64,000 nucleotides of DNA. Source: an uncultured Actinomycetota bacterium. GTDB lineage: Bacteria; Actinomycetota; Thermoleophilia; RBG-16-64-13. The number at the start of each line of letters is the position of its first letter. Positions within the stretch are counted from its first letter, which is position 1. The notes below the pieces were generated by a model. That model ran no database searches. It worked only from the letters and a program-made list of their open reading frames with translations, and was not told where the DNA came from. Positions 10,922 through 24,835 of this stretch are shown one piece after another. A program made the translations under genes and the position numbers. The stretch lies in NCBI GenBank assembly GCA_963736705.1, contig CAVTPV010000005.1, positions 5,306 through 69,305 on the forward strand. Reading direction: 5' to 3'.

Positions 10922-11110
10922 ATGGCCAACCACTTCACCCCCGAGGAGCTTGCGACCGAGCTGAACACAGGTACGCATGACGTGATCCAGTTGTGCGTGA
11001 AGGAAGGCATCCCCATCTACAAGGGGAAGATCGATCGCAGCCTCCTGACGGCGGTGATGAGGACCAAGGGCATCCAGCTTCCCAAGACTGAAGTAGCCGC
11101 TACGGCCTAG
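10922..11110 (+). CDS. Small (62 aa) putative HTH DNA-binding protein (excisionase/AlpA-like fold suspected)
   Basis: 'MANHFTPEELATELNTGTHDVIQLCVKEGIPIYKGKIDRSLL' resembles HTH_17/Xis-type helix-turn-helix; RBS GGAAAGGAG lies 6 nt upstream; lower GC than surroundings. Confidence 0.35.
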   Translation: MANHFTPEELATELNTGTHDVIQLCVKEGIPIYKGKIDRSLLTAVMRTKGIQLPKTEVAATA

Positions 11111-11164
11111 AGCCCAAGTCCGATCGCGCGGCGGGCCTTCGGGCCGCCGCTTCATCCAGGCCGG

Positions 11165-13161
11165 TCAGACCACCGAGCCGGCCGCACGGCCGGCCGGCCA
11201 TTCGGCAAGCACGTGCCAGGCTTCTGCCAGCAGAAGCTCCCGCGCCTGCTGCTGATCCTCGAGGGTCGCGGACGGCCCGGGCAGCACCACGAGCGAGTAC
11301 GCCTCGCTCTCCTTGAACCAGCGGCGCAGGGCCAGGATCCTGTCCAGGTCTTTCTGCAGCACGGCCACGCCGTCATCGGGGGCCGCCGGCCGGCAGGCCG
11401 GCGCCGGCGCCGACAGCGCGTCCAGTCATCGCCGCTATCTCCTCCGCCAAGGCGGGGTTCGCCAGAGACACAGCCTCCCGCAGCCTGCCCTCCGAGACGA
11501 GGTTGAGCCGCACCGCGGGTATGCCGTCGGCATCGGTGGCCGGCCACAGCGCCGCGAAGCGCAGCGACATCGCCTCGACCAACGACTGGTACGAGCGGCG
11601 CACGTTGAGGAGAGCCTCCGCGCCCTCGCGCATGCGCTGCGCCTCCTCGAAGCGCCGTTGACGCGACAGCGAGCGGACCAGGTCGTCGGCGAGCTCCGAT
11701 CGGGTCCGCGAACCCTTCGGGAGCCTCTCCCGCCAGCCAGTTCACGATGCCCATGACCAGCGCGTCATGCCGCTCGATGATCTCCGCATCACCGGTGCAC
11801 GGAGCGAGACAGGCACCGCACTCCTGCCTCACGCAGGGGCGTTCGGCGGCGCCCCGGGCACAGCGCCGGATGGGATAGCAGTGGTGCAGCAGGTCGAGGG
11901 CCTGGGCCATGCGGGCGCGGCCGCGGAACGGGCCGAGTACCAACGGCGTGCGCGGAGGACGCACCGGATGCTCGCTGGACGTGAGCCACCGGGGCTGCCG
12001 GCTGCTGACCGTGAGTGAAAGGCCTGGGCCGTTGTTGCTGACCTTCAGGTACATGTAGTTCTCGGGCCGGCTACCCTGCACGTTGCACGGCGGGCGGTGC
12101 TCCAGGATCAATTCCTGCTCCCGCACGACCGCCTCCAGGGGGGTGTGGGTCTCATCCCAGTCGATCTGCTCCACCTGGTGGATGGCCTGCCGCAGCTTAC
12201 GGGTGTGTCCCGCCCCGGGCACGAAATAGGAGCGGACACGCTCCCGCAGCCGGTCGGCCTTGCCCACGTAGAGCACGGTGCCCTGCTTGTCCATGAAACG
12301 GTAGGCGCCGGGGGTGCGCGGCACGTCGCGGGTGAGGCGCAGCTTGTCGATGGCGGTGCGGGAGGAGGGGCTGAGGAAGGCCCGGGTCTCGTTCAGGCGG
12401 GTGATGCCCCGCTCCTGGAGGCGTCCCGCCAGGGTGATGAACACGTGGCCCGCGGCCTGAGCATCGGCGAGGGCCCGGTGGCAGGCGGGTACGGGGGCTC
12501 CGAGGGCTTCGGCGACGGTGCCGAGGCGGTAGTTGGGCAGCCCGGGAGCCAGCAGCCGGGAGAGGGGCAGCGTGTCGATGGCGCCTTCGCCCAGGCGGCG
12601 GCCCTTGAGCCGCTGCAGTTCGTAGTTGAGGAACCCCACGTCGAACGATGCGTTGTGAGCCACGATGACCGCGCCCTCGAGGAACTCGAGCAGTCCGGGG
12701 ATGACTTGCTTCGATGCGGGGCGCGTCGGCCACCATCGCATGGGTGATGCCGGTGATGTGGGTGATCATGGGGGGGATGGGGCGCTGGGGGTTGACCAGA
12801 GAGTGGAACGTGCCCACCACCTCGAAGCCCTCGATGCGCACGGCGCCGATCTCGGTGATCTTGCTGGTGCCGGCGCGGGAGCCGGTGGTCTCGAGGTCGA
12901 GCGCTACGAAGGGGACGTCGGCCAGATCGGGGTCGGGGAGTCTCCCAGTGTTTGAGCGAGAGCAGGTCCGCGGTGGCGCCGGAGCAGAAGCGTTGGTCCT
13001 GTTGCACGAGCGCGGCCACGACCCCGACGGCAGATGGGCTCGGGGGCTGAGGGAGAAGCGAGAAGGATGCGGGCCGCTTCAACGGCATCCAAAGGCTCCC
13101 CGCGAACCAGGAGGGTCTCGTGGAGCCTATCCGCGACGGCCAAAGAAAGCTGCAGTTGCAT
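11165..13161 (-). CDS. DnaQ-like 3'-5' exonuclease fused to GIY-YIG/UvrC-like nuclease (Cho-like), at least 4 frameshifts
   Basis: 'VALDLETTGSRAG...EIGAVRIEGFEVVGTFHSLVNP...VIVAHNASFDVGFL...CHRALADAQAAGHVF' (DEDDh exonuclease) + 'GAYRFMDKQGTVLYVGKADRLRERVRSYF' (GIY-YIG) + UvrC-like region; fragments in ORFs 12393..13202, 12197..12841, 11152..12741, 11373..11633 and 11165..11368. Confidence 0.65.
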
Positions 13162-13310
13162 GGGCCGGCGCTACATCCCGTGAAACGAGGAAAACCTTGC
13201 AAAGGGCTGCTTCATCCTGGACAATACTACCACCCTGGAGGGACGTAGCCTCGCGAGCGAGAGCCGTGTTGCACTCGCGCCCGGGATGACCGACCGATAG
13301 TAGGTGAGCC

Positions 13311-13740
13311 ATGCTGGACCGAGCGCAGATCGAAGCGATACTCCCCCACAGGGATCCCTTCTTGTTCCTCGACCGAGTGATCGAACTCGTGCCGGGCGAA
13401 TACGCCGTTGCCGAGAAAGACCTGCTGCCCACCGAGGACGTGTTCCGCGGGCATTTCCCCGGGCACCCGGTGTTCCCGGGAGTCCTGCAACTCGAGGCGC
13501 TCGCCCAGACCGGCGCGGTCGCCGTGCTCTCTCAACCCGGAGTCACAGGGCAAGATCATCCTGTTCGGCCGGGCCGACGAAGTGAAGTTCCGCCGGGAAG
13601 TCGTTCCCGGAGACACGCTGCGGTTCGAGATAAGGATGACGCGGAGCAGGGGAGCCGTGGGCAAGGCCGAGGGCAAGGCCTTCGTCGGGTCCGAGCTCGC
13701 CTGCAGCGCCGCCCTCACCTTCATGATCACCGAGCCATAA
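13311..13740 (+). CDS. fabZ: 3-hydroxyacyl-ACP dehydratase FabZ, 1 frameshift near 13545
   Basis: 'ILPHRDPFLFLDRVIELVPGEYAVAEK...FRGHFPGHPVFPGVLQLEALAQTGAV' + 'ILFGRADEVKFRREVVPGDTLRFEIRMTRSRGAVGKAEGKAFVGSELACSAALTFMI'. Confidence 0.75.
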
Positions 13741-13743
13741 CCC

Positions 13744-14784
13744 ATGCCACATCGCGAGCAGCACCCCATCATGGGGGACATCCATCACTATCACCGGACT
13801 CGGCATCCACACACCGCCGAAGGTCGTCACCAACGACGATCTCGCCCTCACCCTCGAAACGTCCGACGAGTGGATCCGGCAGCGGACGGGCATCTGTCAG
13901 AGGCGCGTGGTAGCGCCCGGAGTCTACACCTCCGACATGGCGACCGCCGCGGGGCGGGATGCGATCGCCGACGCGGGAGTGAAGCCCGAGGACATCGACC
14001 TTGTCATCGTCGCCACCCTCACGCCCGACAACTTCACGCCGGCGACGGCTGCGCGCGTCGCGGATAATCTCGGCTGCGTCAACGCCGGAGCTTTCGACCT
14101 GTCGGCGGCGTGCGCCGGCTTCGTCTACGGTCTCGCCATGGCCACCGGCACGATCTCCGCGGGCATCCACAAGCGCGTGCTCGTGGTGGGAGCCGAGATC
14201 ATTCTCGCGGATCCTCGATATGGAAGACCGCACCACTGCGATCCTTTTCGGGGACGGCGCCGGCGCGGCGGTCGTGGAGGCTGTACCCGGGGCCGGCCGG
14301 CATACTGGGCTTCGATCTGGGCTGCGACGGCTCGGGCGCTGATGTGCTCGGTATCCCGGCGGGCGGCTCTCGGATGCCGGCATCCATCGAGACGGTGCAG
14401 GGCCGCCAGCACTATCTCAAGATGGACGGCAAAGAGGTCTACCGGTTCGCTACCCGGGTGGTCGGCCATTCCGCCCACAAGGTGTTGGACACCTGCGGCT
14501 ACGAGGTCAGCGACATCGACCTCTACGTGCCTCATCAGGCGAATCTGCGCATCATCGAGAGCGGTGCCGAGAAGATGGGCATCCCCAAGGACAGGATCTT
14601 CACGAATCTACAGAAATACGGCAACACCTCCGCGGCTTCCGTGCCTCTGTGTCTGTATGAGGCAAGGGCGGAAGGACGCCTCAAAGACGGAGACCTCGTG
14701 TTGCTCATGGGTTTCGGCGCCGGTCTGAGCTGGGGCTCGTGCCTGATGAGGTGGGGCACGGGCGCCGCCGATCCGGCGGAGTGA
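13744..14784 (+). CDS. fabH: 3-oxoacyl-ACP synthase III FabH, about 4 frameshifts
   Basis: '[38 protein letters not shown]', '[18 protein letters not shown]', '[14 protein letters not shown]' and '[20 protein letters not shown]...[16 protein letters not shown]...[10 protein letters not shown]' in alternating frames. Confidence 0.7.
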
Positions 14785-14817
14785 CCGCGACAGCCGGCAA
14801 TAAGGGAGTGACAGATA

Positions 14818-15754
14818 TGGCGGGTACCCTCATCCTCTTTCCCGGTCAGGGCAGCCAGGCGGTCGGCATGGCCGAATATCTCTGGGACTACCCCGTGGCC
14901 CGGGACACCTTCGCCGAAGCGGCGGACGTCCTCGGTTGGGACATCGGCGAAGTGTGCCGGCACGGCTCCATGGAGGAGCTCACCCGCACCGACCGCACCC
15001 AGCTGGCGATCCTCACCTGCAGCGTGGCGGCGTGGAAGGTGCTCGAGGAAGATGGCGTGAGTTTCACCAAGGCTGCCGGACACTCGCTGGGCGAGTATTC
15101 GGCCCTGGTGGCCGCGGGTAACCTGACCTTCGCAGACGCCCTCCATGTGGTGGATGCACGCGGCCGGGCCATGCAGGCCTGCGCCGAGCAGCGGGGCGGC
15201 GCCATGGCGGCCGTCATCGGGCTGGACACCGAAGAGGTCGAGAAGGCCTGCGCCTCCGCTTCCGAAGCCTGGGTGGCCAACTACAACTCACCGGGGCAGA
15301 TCGTCATCTCCGGGTCCACCGAGGGCGTGGCCGCCGCGGGCGAGGCCGCGACCGCCGCGGGTGCCAAGCGGGTCATCCCGCTGGCCGTGGCCGGAGCGTT
15401 CCACACGCCGCTCATGGCCGGGGCCGCGGAAGCCCTTGCCAAGTCGCTCTCTGAAGTGAACTTCTTGCCCGGCACCGGGGCGTTCTTCTCCACCACCGAG
15501 GTCCGCGCGCCGCAGGCCGGCGAGCTCGCCGAGGTCATGGCCCGGCAGCTGCTGTCGCCGGTGAAGTTCAGCCAGAGCATGGAAGCTCTGCTCGGTGCCG
15601 CCGACGCTCCCGACCGGGTGCTGGAAGTCGGGCCGGGCAACGTGTTGTCCGGACTCATGAAGCGGATCGCCCGCGATCTACCGGCCGCCTCGACCGGGGA
15701 CGCGGATTCCCTCGCCAAGGCGCTCGATACATATGGAGCAAAGGGAGGCGCCTG

Positions 15755-15755
<1 letters not shown>
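14818..15755 (+). CDS. fabD: Malonyl-CoA:ACP transacylase FabD (intact)
   Basis: 'LILFPGQGSQAVGM...AGHSLGEYSALVAAG...AGAFHTPLM'; uninterrupted 312 aa. Confidence 0.85.
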
Positions 15756-16536
<781 letters not shown>

Positions 16537-16557
16537 GTCAGGGAGGAGAACGTACTT

Positions 16558-17822
16558 ATGACGGGCATGACGAGGACCGTCGAGTACAAGCGGGTCGTGG
16601 TCACCGGCATCGGGGTCGTCTCGGCCATCGGGCTCGGGAAGGTGGCGTTCCTGGAGAACCTGCTGGCGGGGCGCTCCGGCGTGCACACGATCCAGCGCTT
16701 CGACATCACGGAGTATCCGGTGAAGATCGCCGCTGAGGTCACGGACTTCGACGCCGGCGACTTCATCGACAAGAAGATGAGCAAGCGCATGGACCGCTAC
16801 GCCCAGTACGGCGCCGCCGCGGCCGTCATGGCGGCGGAGGACTCGGGCTACCCCATCGCCGAAGACCCGTACGCGGTCGGCGCCCTCATCGGCTCGGGCG
16901 TGGGCGGCCTCGACACCTTCCTGGAGCAGACCGAGATCCTGCTCACCAAGGGCCCCACCCGGGTGAGTCCCTTCTTCATCCCCATGATGATCCCGAACAT
17001 GGCGTCGGGCTGCAGCTCCATCATCCTGGGGCTGCAAGGGCCCGTGAACTCCACCTGCACCGCCTGCGCCACAGGCAACAACGCCTTGGGCGACGCCTTC
17101 AACATCATCCGCCGCGGCGACGCCGACCGCGATGTTCGCCGGCGGGGCTGAAGCGGCCGTCAACCCGGCGGGCATGTCCGGGTTCGCCGCGCTGCGCGCG
17201 CTGTCCACCCGCAACGAAGAGCCCGAGAAGGCCAGCCGTCCGTACGACGCCGGTCGTGACGGTTTCGTCATGGGCGAGGGCGCCGGAGTGCTGGTGCTCG
17301 AGGAGTTGGAGCACGCGCTCAAGCGCGGCGCCCACATCTACGGCGAGTTCGCCGGCTACGGCATGACCGGCGACGCGTCCCACCTCACCGAACCGGTGGA
17401 GACGGGCGAGCCCGCGGGCAAGGCCATGCTGCGCGCCCTCGCGGACGCCGGCCTCGAGCCGTCCCAGGTCGACTACGTCAACGCCCACGGCACGTCCACC
17501 CCCCTCGGTGACGCCATGGAGACCAACGCCATCAAGTACGCATTGGGCGATCACGCGTACAAGATCATGGTCAGCTCCAGCAAGAGCATGTTCGGCCATT
17601 GCCTCGGCGCAGCGGGCGCTCTGGAGGCCGCCGCTACCATTCTTTCCATGGAAGCTGGTAAGGTACCGCCGACGATCAACCTCGAGACGCCGGATCCCCG
17701 GTGCGATCTGGACTACGTGCCCAACGTTACCCGGGACGCCAAGGTGAACGTGGCCATGTCGAACAGCTTCGGCTTCGGCGGTCACAATGCCGCGATCGTC
17801 CTTCGGAGGTGGGAAGGCTAGC
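16558..17822 (+). CDS. fabF: 3-oxoacyl-ACP synthase II FabF, 1 frameshift near 17130
   Basis: '[15 protein letters not shown]...[27 protein letters not shown]' + '[12 protein letters not shown]...[14 protein letters not shown]...[20 protein letters not shown]...[14 protein letters not shown]'. Confidence 0.8.
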
Positions 17823-17831
17823 AGCCGAGTC

Positions 17832-18675
17832 ATGGCTAAGTATGTGACAGTACAGGTCACGCGGAGGGAGCCTCCGGCTCCGGTGGAAGTCACCGGGCCG
17901 CAGTGCAAGAAGTGCCGCCACGGCCTGCAGGCCGGGGAGTTGGAGCAGAACCTCCACGTCTGCCCCCATTGCGGGTACCACTACCCCATGCCGGCCCATT
18001 CCCGCGTGGCCCTGCTGGCCGACGCCGGCAGCGTGAGCTTCATCGGCGACGATCTCCGTCCCGCCGACCCGCTCGAGTTCTTCGACATGCGCGCGTACCC
18101 CGAGCGCATCGCCGAGGCCCAGAAGGAGACCGGGCTCACCGAGTCCATGCTGGCCGCGCTCTGCACCGTCTCCGGCTACCCGACCGCGCTGGGTGTGATG
18201 GACTTCAAGTTCATGGGCGGCTCCATGGGCTCGGTGCTTGGTGAGCGCTTCTACCGTCTGGCGCAGGCGGCCGTCGCCGACCGGCGCGCGCTCGTGGTCG
18301 TCGCCTCTTCGGGCGGCGCGCGCATGCAGGAGGGCCTGTTCTCCCTCATGCAGATGGCCAAGACCGTCACGGCCGCCCGCCTGGTGGGCGAGGCCGGCCT
18401 CCCTTACATCACCATCCTGACCCATCCCACCACGGGCGGGGTCTTCGCCAGTTGGGCCACCACGTCCGACATCATCATGGCCGAACCCGGCGCCGTCATG
18501 CAGTTCGCCGGAAGCCGCATCATCGAGCAGACCACCCGGGAGAAGCTTCCCGCCGACTTCGGGACCTCCGAGAAGCAGCTGAGCCAGGGCCAGGTGGACA
18601 TGGTCGTGCACCGGCTGGACCTCAAGGACAGGCTCTCCCAGTGCCTGTACTTCTTCAGCAGCCTGGCGGGAGGGG

Positions 18676-18701
<26 letters not shown>
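17832..18701 (+). CDS. accD: Acetyl-CoA carboxylase carboxyltransferase beta subunit AccD (intact, N-terminal Zn ribbon)
   Basis: 'CKKCRHG...CPHCGYHY' zinc ribbon + 'FMGGSMGSVLGERF...VVVASSGGARMQEG'. Confidence 0.85.
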
Positions 18702-19580
<879 letters not shown>

Positions 19581-19584
<4 letters not shown>

Positions 19585-20084
19585 GCCACCAGATCGAGAT
19601 ACGGCAGCCACGCCTCGGGGATCACCCGCTGCGCTGCCAGCACGAAATCACCGGGTAAGGGCGGGCGCGGTTTGCGCGAGGGCCACATCCCCACCTCGTT
19701 GGGCAGGCAGGCGCCTTTTCGCACGTTGCAGGGGGCGCAGGAAGTCACCACGTTCTCCCAGGAACTGTTGCCGCCCCGGCTGCGCGGGATGATGTGATCG
19801 AGAGTGAGATGCCGGGTGCTGCCGCAGTACTGGCAGCGGAACCCGTCCCGGGCCAGGATGGCTCTGCGCGACACCCTCCGCCCGTCGGCCCGCGGGATGC
19901 GTACGTACTCGAGGAGCCGGATGACGGCCGGGCGGGCGAGAGAGGTCCTCTCCGAGCGAAGCGGACCCCCGGCAGCCTCGATGATCTCGGCTTTGCCCTT
20001 GAGGAGCAGCACGATCGCCCGGTGCAGCGAGCACACGTTCATGGGCTCGTAGGTCGAGTTCAACACCAGAACCTGTCGGGACAC
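19581..20084 (-). CDS. HNH endonuclease (McrA-like, 167 aa, intact)
   Basis: 'CQYCGSTRHLTLDHIIPRSRGGNSSWENVVTSCAPCNVRKG' HNH motif; convergent with accA. Confidence 0.7.
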
Positions 20085-20161
20085 GCTCCAACCCCTTCTG
20101 TTCCACCCGCGCCTGCTGCCATTTTAACAACCCCAGCCGCCGTCGCTGATAGAATCCGGTC

Positions 20162-21541
20162 ATGGAGGAAGATCTCTTCAGCTCCCGCCTGAGCGCCGAC
20201 CTGTCGCAGAACGCCCCGCTGGCCGCCCGCATGCGCCCGCGCACCCTGGACGAGGTCGTGGGGCAACGCCGGCTTCTGGGCGAGGGAGCCCCGCTGCGCG
20301 TCGCGATCGAGACCGGCACCGTCGGGTCGATGATCTTCTTCGGTCCTCCCGGCACCGGCAAGACCACGGTCGCCCGGCTGGTGGCCGCGGCCGTCGGGGC
20401 CGTGTACGAGGAGCTCTCCGCCGTCAGTTCCGGCGTGGCCGAGGTGCGCAAGGTCATCGAGAAGGCCCGCGACCGCCGGTCGCAGACCGGGCGGCGGACC
20501 ATCCTCTTCATCGACGAGATCCACCGCTTCTCCAAAGCCCAGCAGGACGCCCTGCTGCACGCGGTGGAGGACGGCATCATCACTCTGGTCGGCGCCTCCA
20601 CGGAGAACCCGTACTTCGAGGTCATCCCGGCGCTCATCTCGCGCTGCGAGCTGTACCAGTTCGAAGCCCTTGATCGCCGCCGACATCCGGTCACTGCTGG
20701 AGCGGGCCCTGGCGGAGCGGAGCGAGCAAGGTGCCGGCGGGGCGGCGCTCGGCGGCGGGGGCCCGGTGGCGCCCATGGACGTCCCCGGCGAGGTGCTCGA
20801 CCTCATCGCGGAGGCCGGCCTCGGCGACGCCCGCAAGGCGTTCAACCTGCTCGAGCGGTCCCTGGTGCTCACGCGGGCCAAGAGGCCGGACCGCCGTGGA
20901 CGAAGCCACCGTCCAGGAAGCGGCCCAGCGCAAGCTCGTGCTCTACGACAAGCAGGCCGACGCCCACTACGATGTCATCTCGGCGTTCATCAAGAGCCTG
21001 CGCGGCTCCGACCCCGACGCGGCCCTCTACTATCTGGCCGTGATGCTCACCGGCGGTGAGGATCCCAAGTTCATCGCCCGCCGGATGATCATCTTCGCCT
21101 CCGAGGACATCGGCAACGCCGACCCGCGGGCTCTCGAGATCGCCATCGCCGTCTCGCGGGCTGTGGAGTTCGTGGGCATGCCGGAATGCCGCATCAACCT
21201 GGCCCACGGGGTCACCTATCTTAGCTGCGCCCCCAAGTCCAACGCCTCGTATCTCGGGATCGACGCGGCTATCGCCGAGGTGGAGCAGCACGGGGCTCAG
21301 TCGCCGCCGGTCTTTCTGCGCAGCACCGGCTACTCCGGCGCCAAGACGCTTGGTCATGGGGTGGGCTACCAATACCCGCATGACGACCGGGGGCTACAAC
21401 GCCCAACGGTATCTGCCCGAGAAGCTCGCGGATAAGGAGTTCTACCGGCCCACCGAGAACGGTCTTGAGGCTCGAATCAAGGAATTCCTGGGCCGTCTTC
21501 GTAATCTACGGAAGGGCGGTACGCAGGACGACCGGGGCTGA
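20162..21541 (+). CDS. rarA: Replication-associated recombination protein A (RarA/MgsA AAA+ ATPase), at least 3 frameshifts
   Basis: 'MRPRTLDEVVGQ...MIFFGPPGTGKTTVARL...ILFIDEIHRFSKAQQDALL' + 'DARKAFNLLE' + 'YDKQADAHYDVISAFIKSLRGSDPDAALYYLA...GEDP.FIARRM.IFASEDIGNADP'. Confidence 0.75.
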
Positions 21542-21701
21542 CGCCCGGGTCAAGGTTCTTCCTGCACCCGCCGATAGGTAGATATGTCCGTCACGCGCTG
21601 CCGTCCGTGCGAAAAGGCGGAAGAGGTTGCTGATAAAGTTAGAGATGACGCTGTCGGATAGCGACGGCGGAGATGGCTTGGTCTTCAGGAAGGGGCTCAC
21701 G

Positions 21702-23565
21702 ATGACCGGGTTCTTCAGGATACTGCTCGGGGGAGCCGTTGGCGCTGTCCTCGGCATTCTATTCGTCAAGAAGCAGAGCGCGCCAACGCAGTTCGATCGA
21801 CCCATGCTGCCACCGGCGCAGACGACCGAGACCCCGGTCCCGTCGTCCGCGGCCACCGTGACACCTCCGGCGCCGTCGCAGGCACCGTCTGCCCCCATGG
21901 TGCCGACCTACATCGTACCCATGTACTACGCGCAGCCGCAGCCCGGCGCAGGCACCGGTCAGGCGCCCCAGCCTATGTATGTCGCCGCGCCTCAGTACAT
22001 GCAAACACCGCCTGCGCCGGCCGCCGCAGCGCCGGCTCCTGCATACGCGCCGCCGGCAGTCCCGATGTATGAACCGCCGGCTCCGCCGGTCGAGGCCGCT
22101 CCCGCTGCTCCCGTTCAGGCTGAGCCCGTAGTGCCTCCCTTCCAGCCCATGTCGCAGCCGCCCGTCGTCGAGGTCGCGCCTGTTGCACCGCAGCCGCAGC
22201 CCGTGGTTCAGGTGGCCCCTCCGGTTCCTGTGGAGCCTCCGGCGCCCGTCGCGGCGCCCGCGCCCGTGGTCGAGGCTGCACCGCCGGCCCCGCCGGTCGT
22301 CGAAGCAGTTCCGGTCGCACCGCCGGTCCTCTTGGCCCCTGAGCCGCCCCCGGCGCCCCCTACGCCCGTCGAGGAGGCCCCGCCCGCTTCGCCGGTCGAG
22401 GCGGAACCCGCTCCTGTGTATGTGGCTCCCGCGCCGTGGTTCGTTGAGCCGGAGCCGGTGTTCACGGAGCCGGCGGCAGTCGAGCCTGAAGTGGCCAGCG
22501 AGCCTGAGGTGGCCCGCGAGCCTGAGGCGGCCGCTGAGCCTGAGATGATTGCTGAGCCCGAGGTAGTGCTCGAGCCCGAAGAGGCGCCGGCCGTCGAAGC
22601 TGCCGAGCCCGAAGAGGCGCCGGCCGCCGAGGTTGCCGAACCGGAGCCCGGACCCGAACTTGAAGAACTCATGGCCGCCGCGGTGGACGCGATGGGCGAT
22701 GTCGGCTCTGACGTGGTCTTCAGCCCCGAGGTTCTCGAAGATCCCGTGCCTGGCGCCGGCTGGGAGCCGTCGGCCGTCTTCCTCCGCGAGGAGGCGGAAC
22801 TGGACGAGTTGCTGCCAATGGTCCCGGACGCAGTCCAGCCATACCTAGGCGTGCAGGTCGGCGACAAGACCCCGCTCGTAGGCGAGGACGACTGGATCGC
22901 GGCCGGATGGCCGGAGATCGCCGAAGCTACTGCGGCCGAATCTGTGGCTTCGATGAGAGAAGAAGTGAGCGAGACCGAAGTGAACGATCTGGAGGCGGCT
23001 CTGTTCGAAGCGCCCGTGTTGGATGAAGCCGCCGCTGAAGTCCGCTACGAGATCCCGGCCCCGCCGCCGATGGCATTCGAAGCGGCGCCATTCGCCGAGG
23101 CCTTCCCCGAACCCGTAGCCGAACCGGTGGACGAGTTCGCCGTCGAGCCTGTGGCGGCGGTTCCCGCTCCGGAGATCGAGCCCGATCAGGCGGCGGCTGA
23201 GGCCGCTCTTGGGGACGACCTGAAATCTCGTATCGAGGAGACCAGGCGGCGCATCCGCGAGGAGCTTGAGAAGCCGTTCGCCGCGGTCGACGAACCGCCG
23301 ATCCCCGAGCCTGTCCGGCCAGGTGGCCGCTCCGGCGCCTGTCATCGGCGAGGCCATGACGGACCAGCGCTCCCGCCAACGGCGCCGCGCCGGCGCAGCC
23401 GGCGGCCGCCGCGCCCGGCGGTCCCGGCGGCCAGCGGCAACGGCGTCTGACTACGACGCCATGCGGGCCCGCATCGAGCTCACCCGCAGCCGGCTCAAGG
23501 CCAAGGCCTTCGACGCGATGATGGCCGGCGAGTCGGCCCTGCTCGGTCGCGACACGAAGAACTGA
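21702..23565 (+). CDS. Membrane-anchored Pro/Ala/Glu-rich low-complexity protein (about 620 aa), 1 frameshift near 23310
   Basis: Single N-terminal TM helix (FFRILLGGAVGAVLGILFV); then a long PAPV/EPEVA repeat region (EPEVASEPEVAREPEAAAEPEMIAEPEVV...); C-terminal 'DYDAMRARIELTRSRLKAKAFDAMMAGESALLG' in a shifted frame. Confidence 0.5.
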
Positions 23566-23647
23566 CCGGCGGCGCGATCAAGCCCGCCGCCGCCTTCGAC
23601 AGCGAGATCGAGCAGACGGTCGACAGCACCCTTCGCGAGGAAGACCG

Positions 23648-24751
23648 CTAGGAGCCCAGGGGGCCAGCGCGCCGCTCCGACGCCCCCGAGTCGTCCTCGC
23701 CGGGAGGCAGGAAGTCCTCCTCTTGGTGGGCCGCCCGCGGCACGTGCAGCGGCCGGCGGAAGAGGTTGCGCAGGTCGGTCCACGGCGCATCGCGCGACCC
23801 GTCGACGATCTCCAGGAAGCCTTTGACCTTGGCGTCCAGGTTGTCCACGTGGTGCAGGATGAGCGCCTCGATGGTCTTCGGCCGCTTGGGCGAGCCCCAC
23901 TCCAGCTCCCCGTGGTGGCTCACGATGCAGTGCAGCAGCTGCTGGAGCTTGGCTTCGGGGAACGACGGCAGCTCGGACGCCTTCTCGCGACACCAGCATG
24001 ACGCCCTGGATGACGTGCCCCAGGAACTTGCCCGCGTCGGTGAAGTCGATGGTGGTCTCGAAGGCCAACTCCCGCGTCTTGCCGACGTCGTGCAGAAGGG
24101 CGGCGGTGAGCAGCAGGTCCCGGTCCACCCGGCCGTACTGCTGGGCCACGAAGTCGCACGTCTCGGCCACGCTGACCGTGTGCTCCACCAGCCCGCCCAG
24201 GTAGGCGTGATGGTAGACCTTGGCGGCCGGCGCCGTGGTGAAGGTCTCGAAGAAGGCCGGGTCGCCGAAGATGAGCTGGAGCAGGGCGGCGTAGTCCCGG
24301 TCGTAGACCGAACCGATGTGGAACTGCAGGAAGCCCCTGAGCTCCTCGATGTCGCGGTAGGTGGAGGGGAGGAAGTCGCGCGGCTCGGCGGCGCCGGCGG
24401 GCGCCGGGCTCACCTTGGTGGCCTCCAGCTGGGCCTTGCCCTGGTACTCGGTGACCCGGGCGCAGACCGTGACCAGGTCCCCCACCTTGACGTCCCGCGG
24501 ACATCGCGTCGACCTCCCACACCGTGCAGTCGACCGTCCCGGTGCGGTCGCCCACCCGGAGCTTGTAGAAGGGCTTGCCCTGCCGGGTCTGGCGGGTCTC
24601 CTTGGCGGACAGCAGGTAGATGCCGTCCACTCCGGTGCCCGGCACCAGGTCGCACGACGGCGTACGCGTCGCGGCGGGGCGATGCGCCCTCTCGCCGGCG
24701 ACTGCAAGGGCTCGAAGGAAGCGCCGAGATCGAGTTGATCGTCGTTCATGG
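23648..24751 (-). CDS. YhaM-like 3'-5' exoribonuclease (OB-fold + HD domain), 2-3 frameshifts
   Basis: OB fold '[37 protein letters not shown]' + HD domain '[18 protein letters not shown]...LLHDVGK...[27 protein letters not shown]'. Confidence 0.6.
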
Positions 24752-24835
24752 TCCTCTCTTGAGGTTGCTCGAGCCTCATTCTAGCTGAGCGTCCGGACGA
24801 GCAGGGACCGTGCGGCCGGCTCGGCCTCGTCTCTA

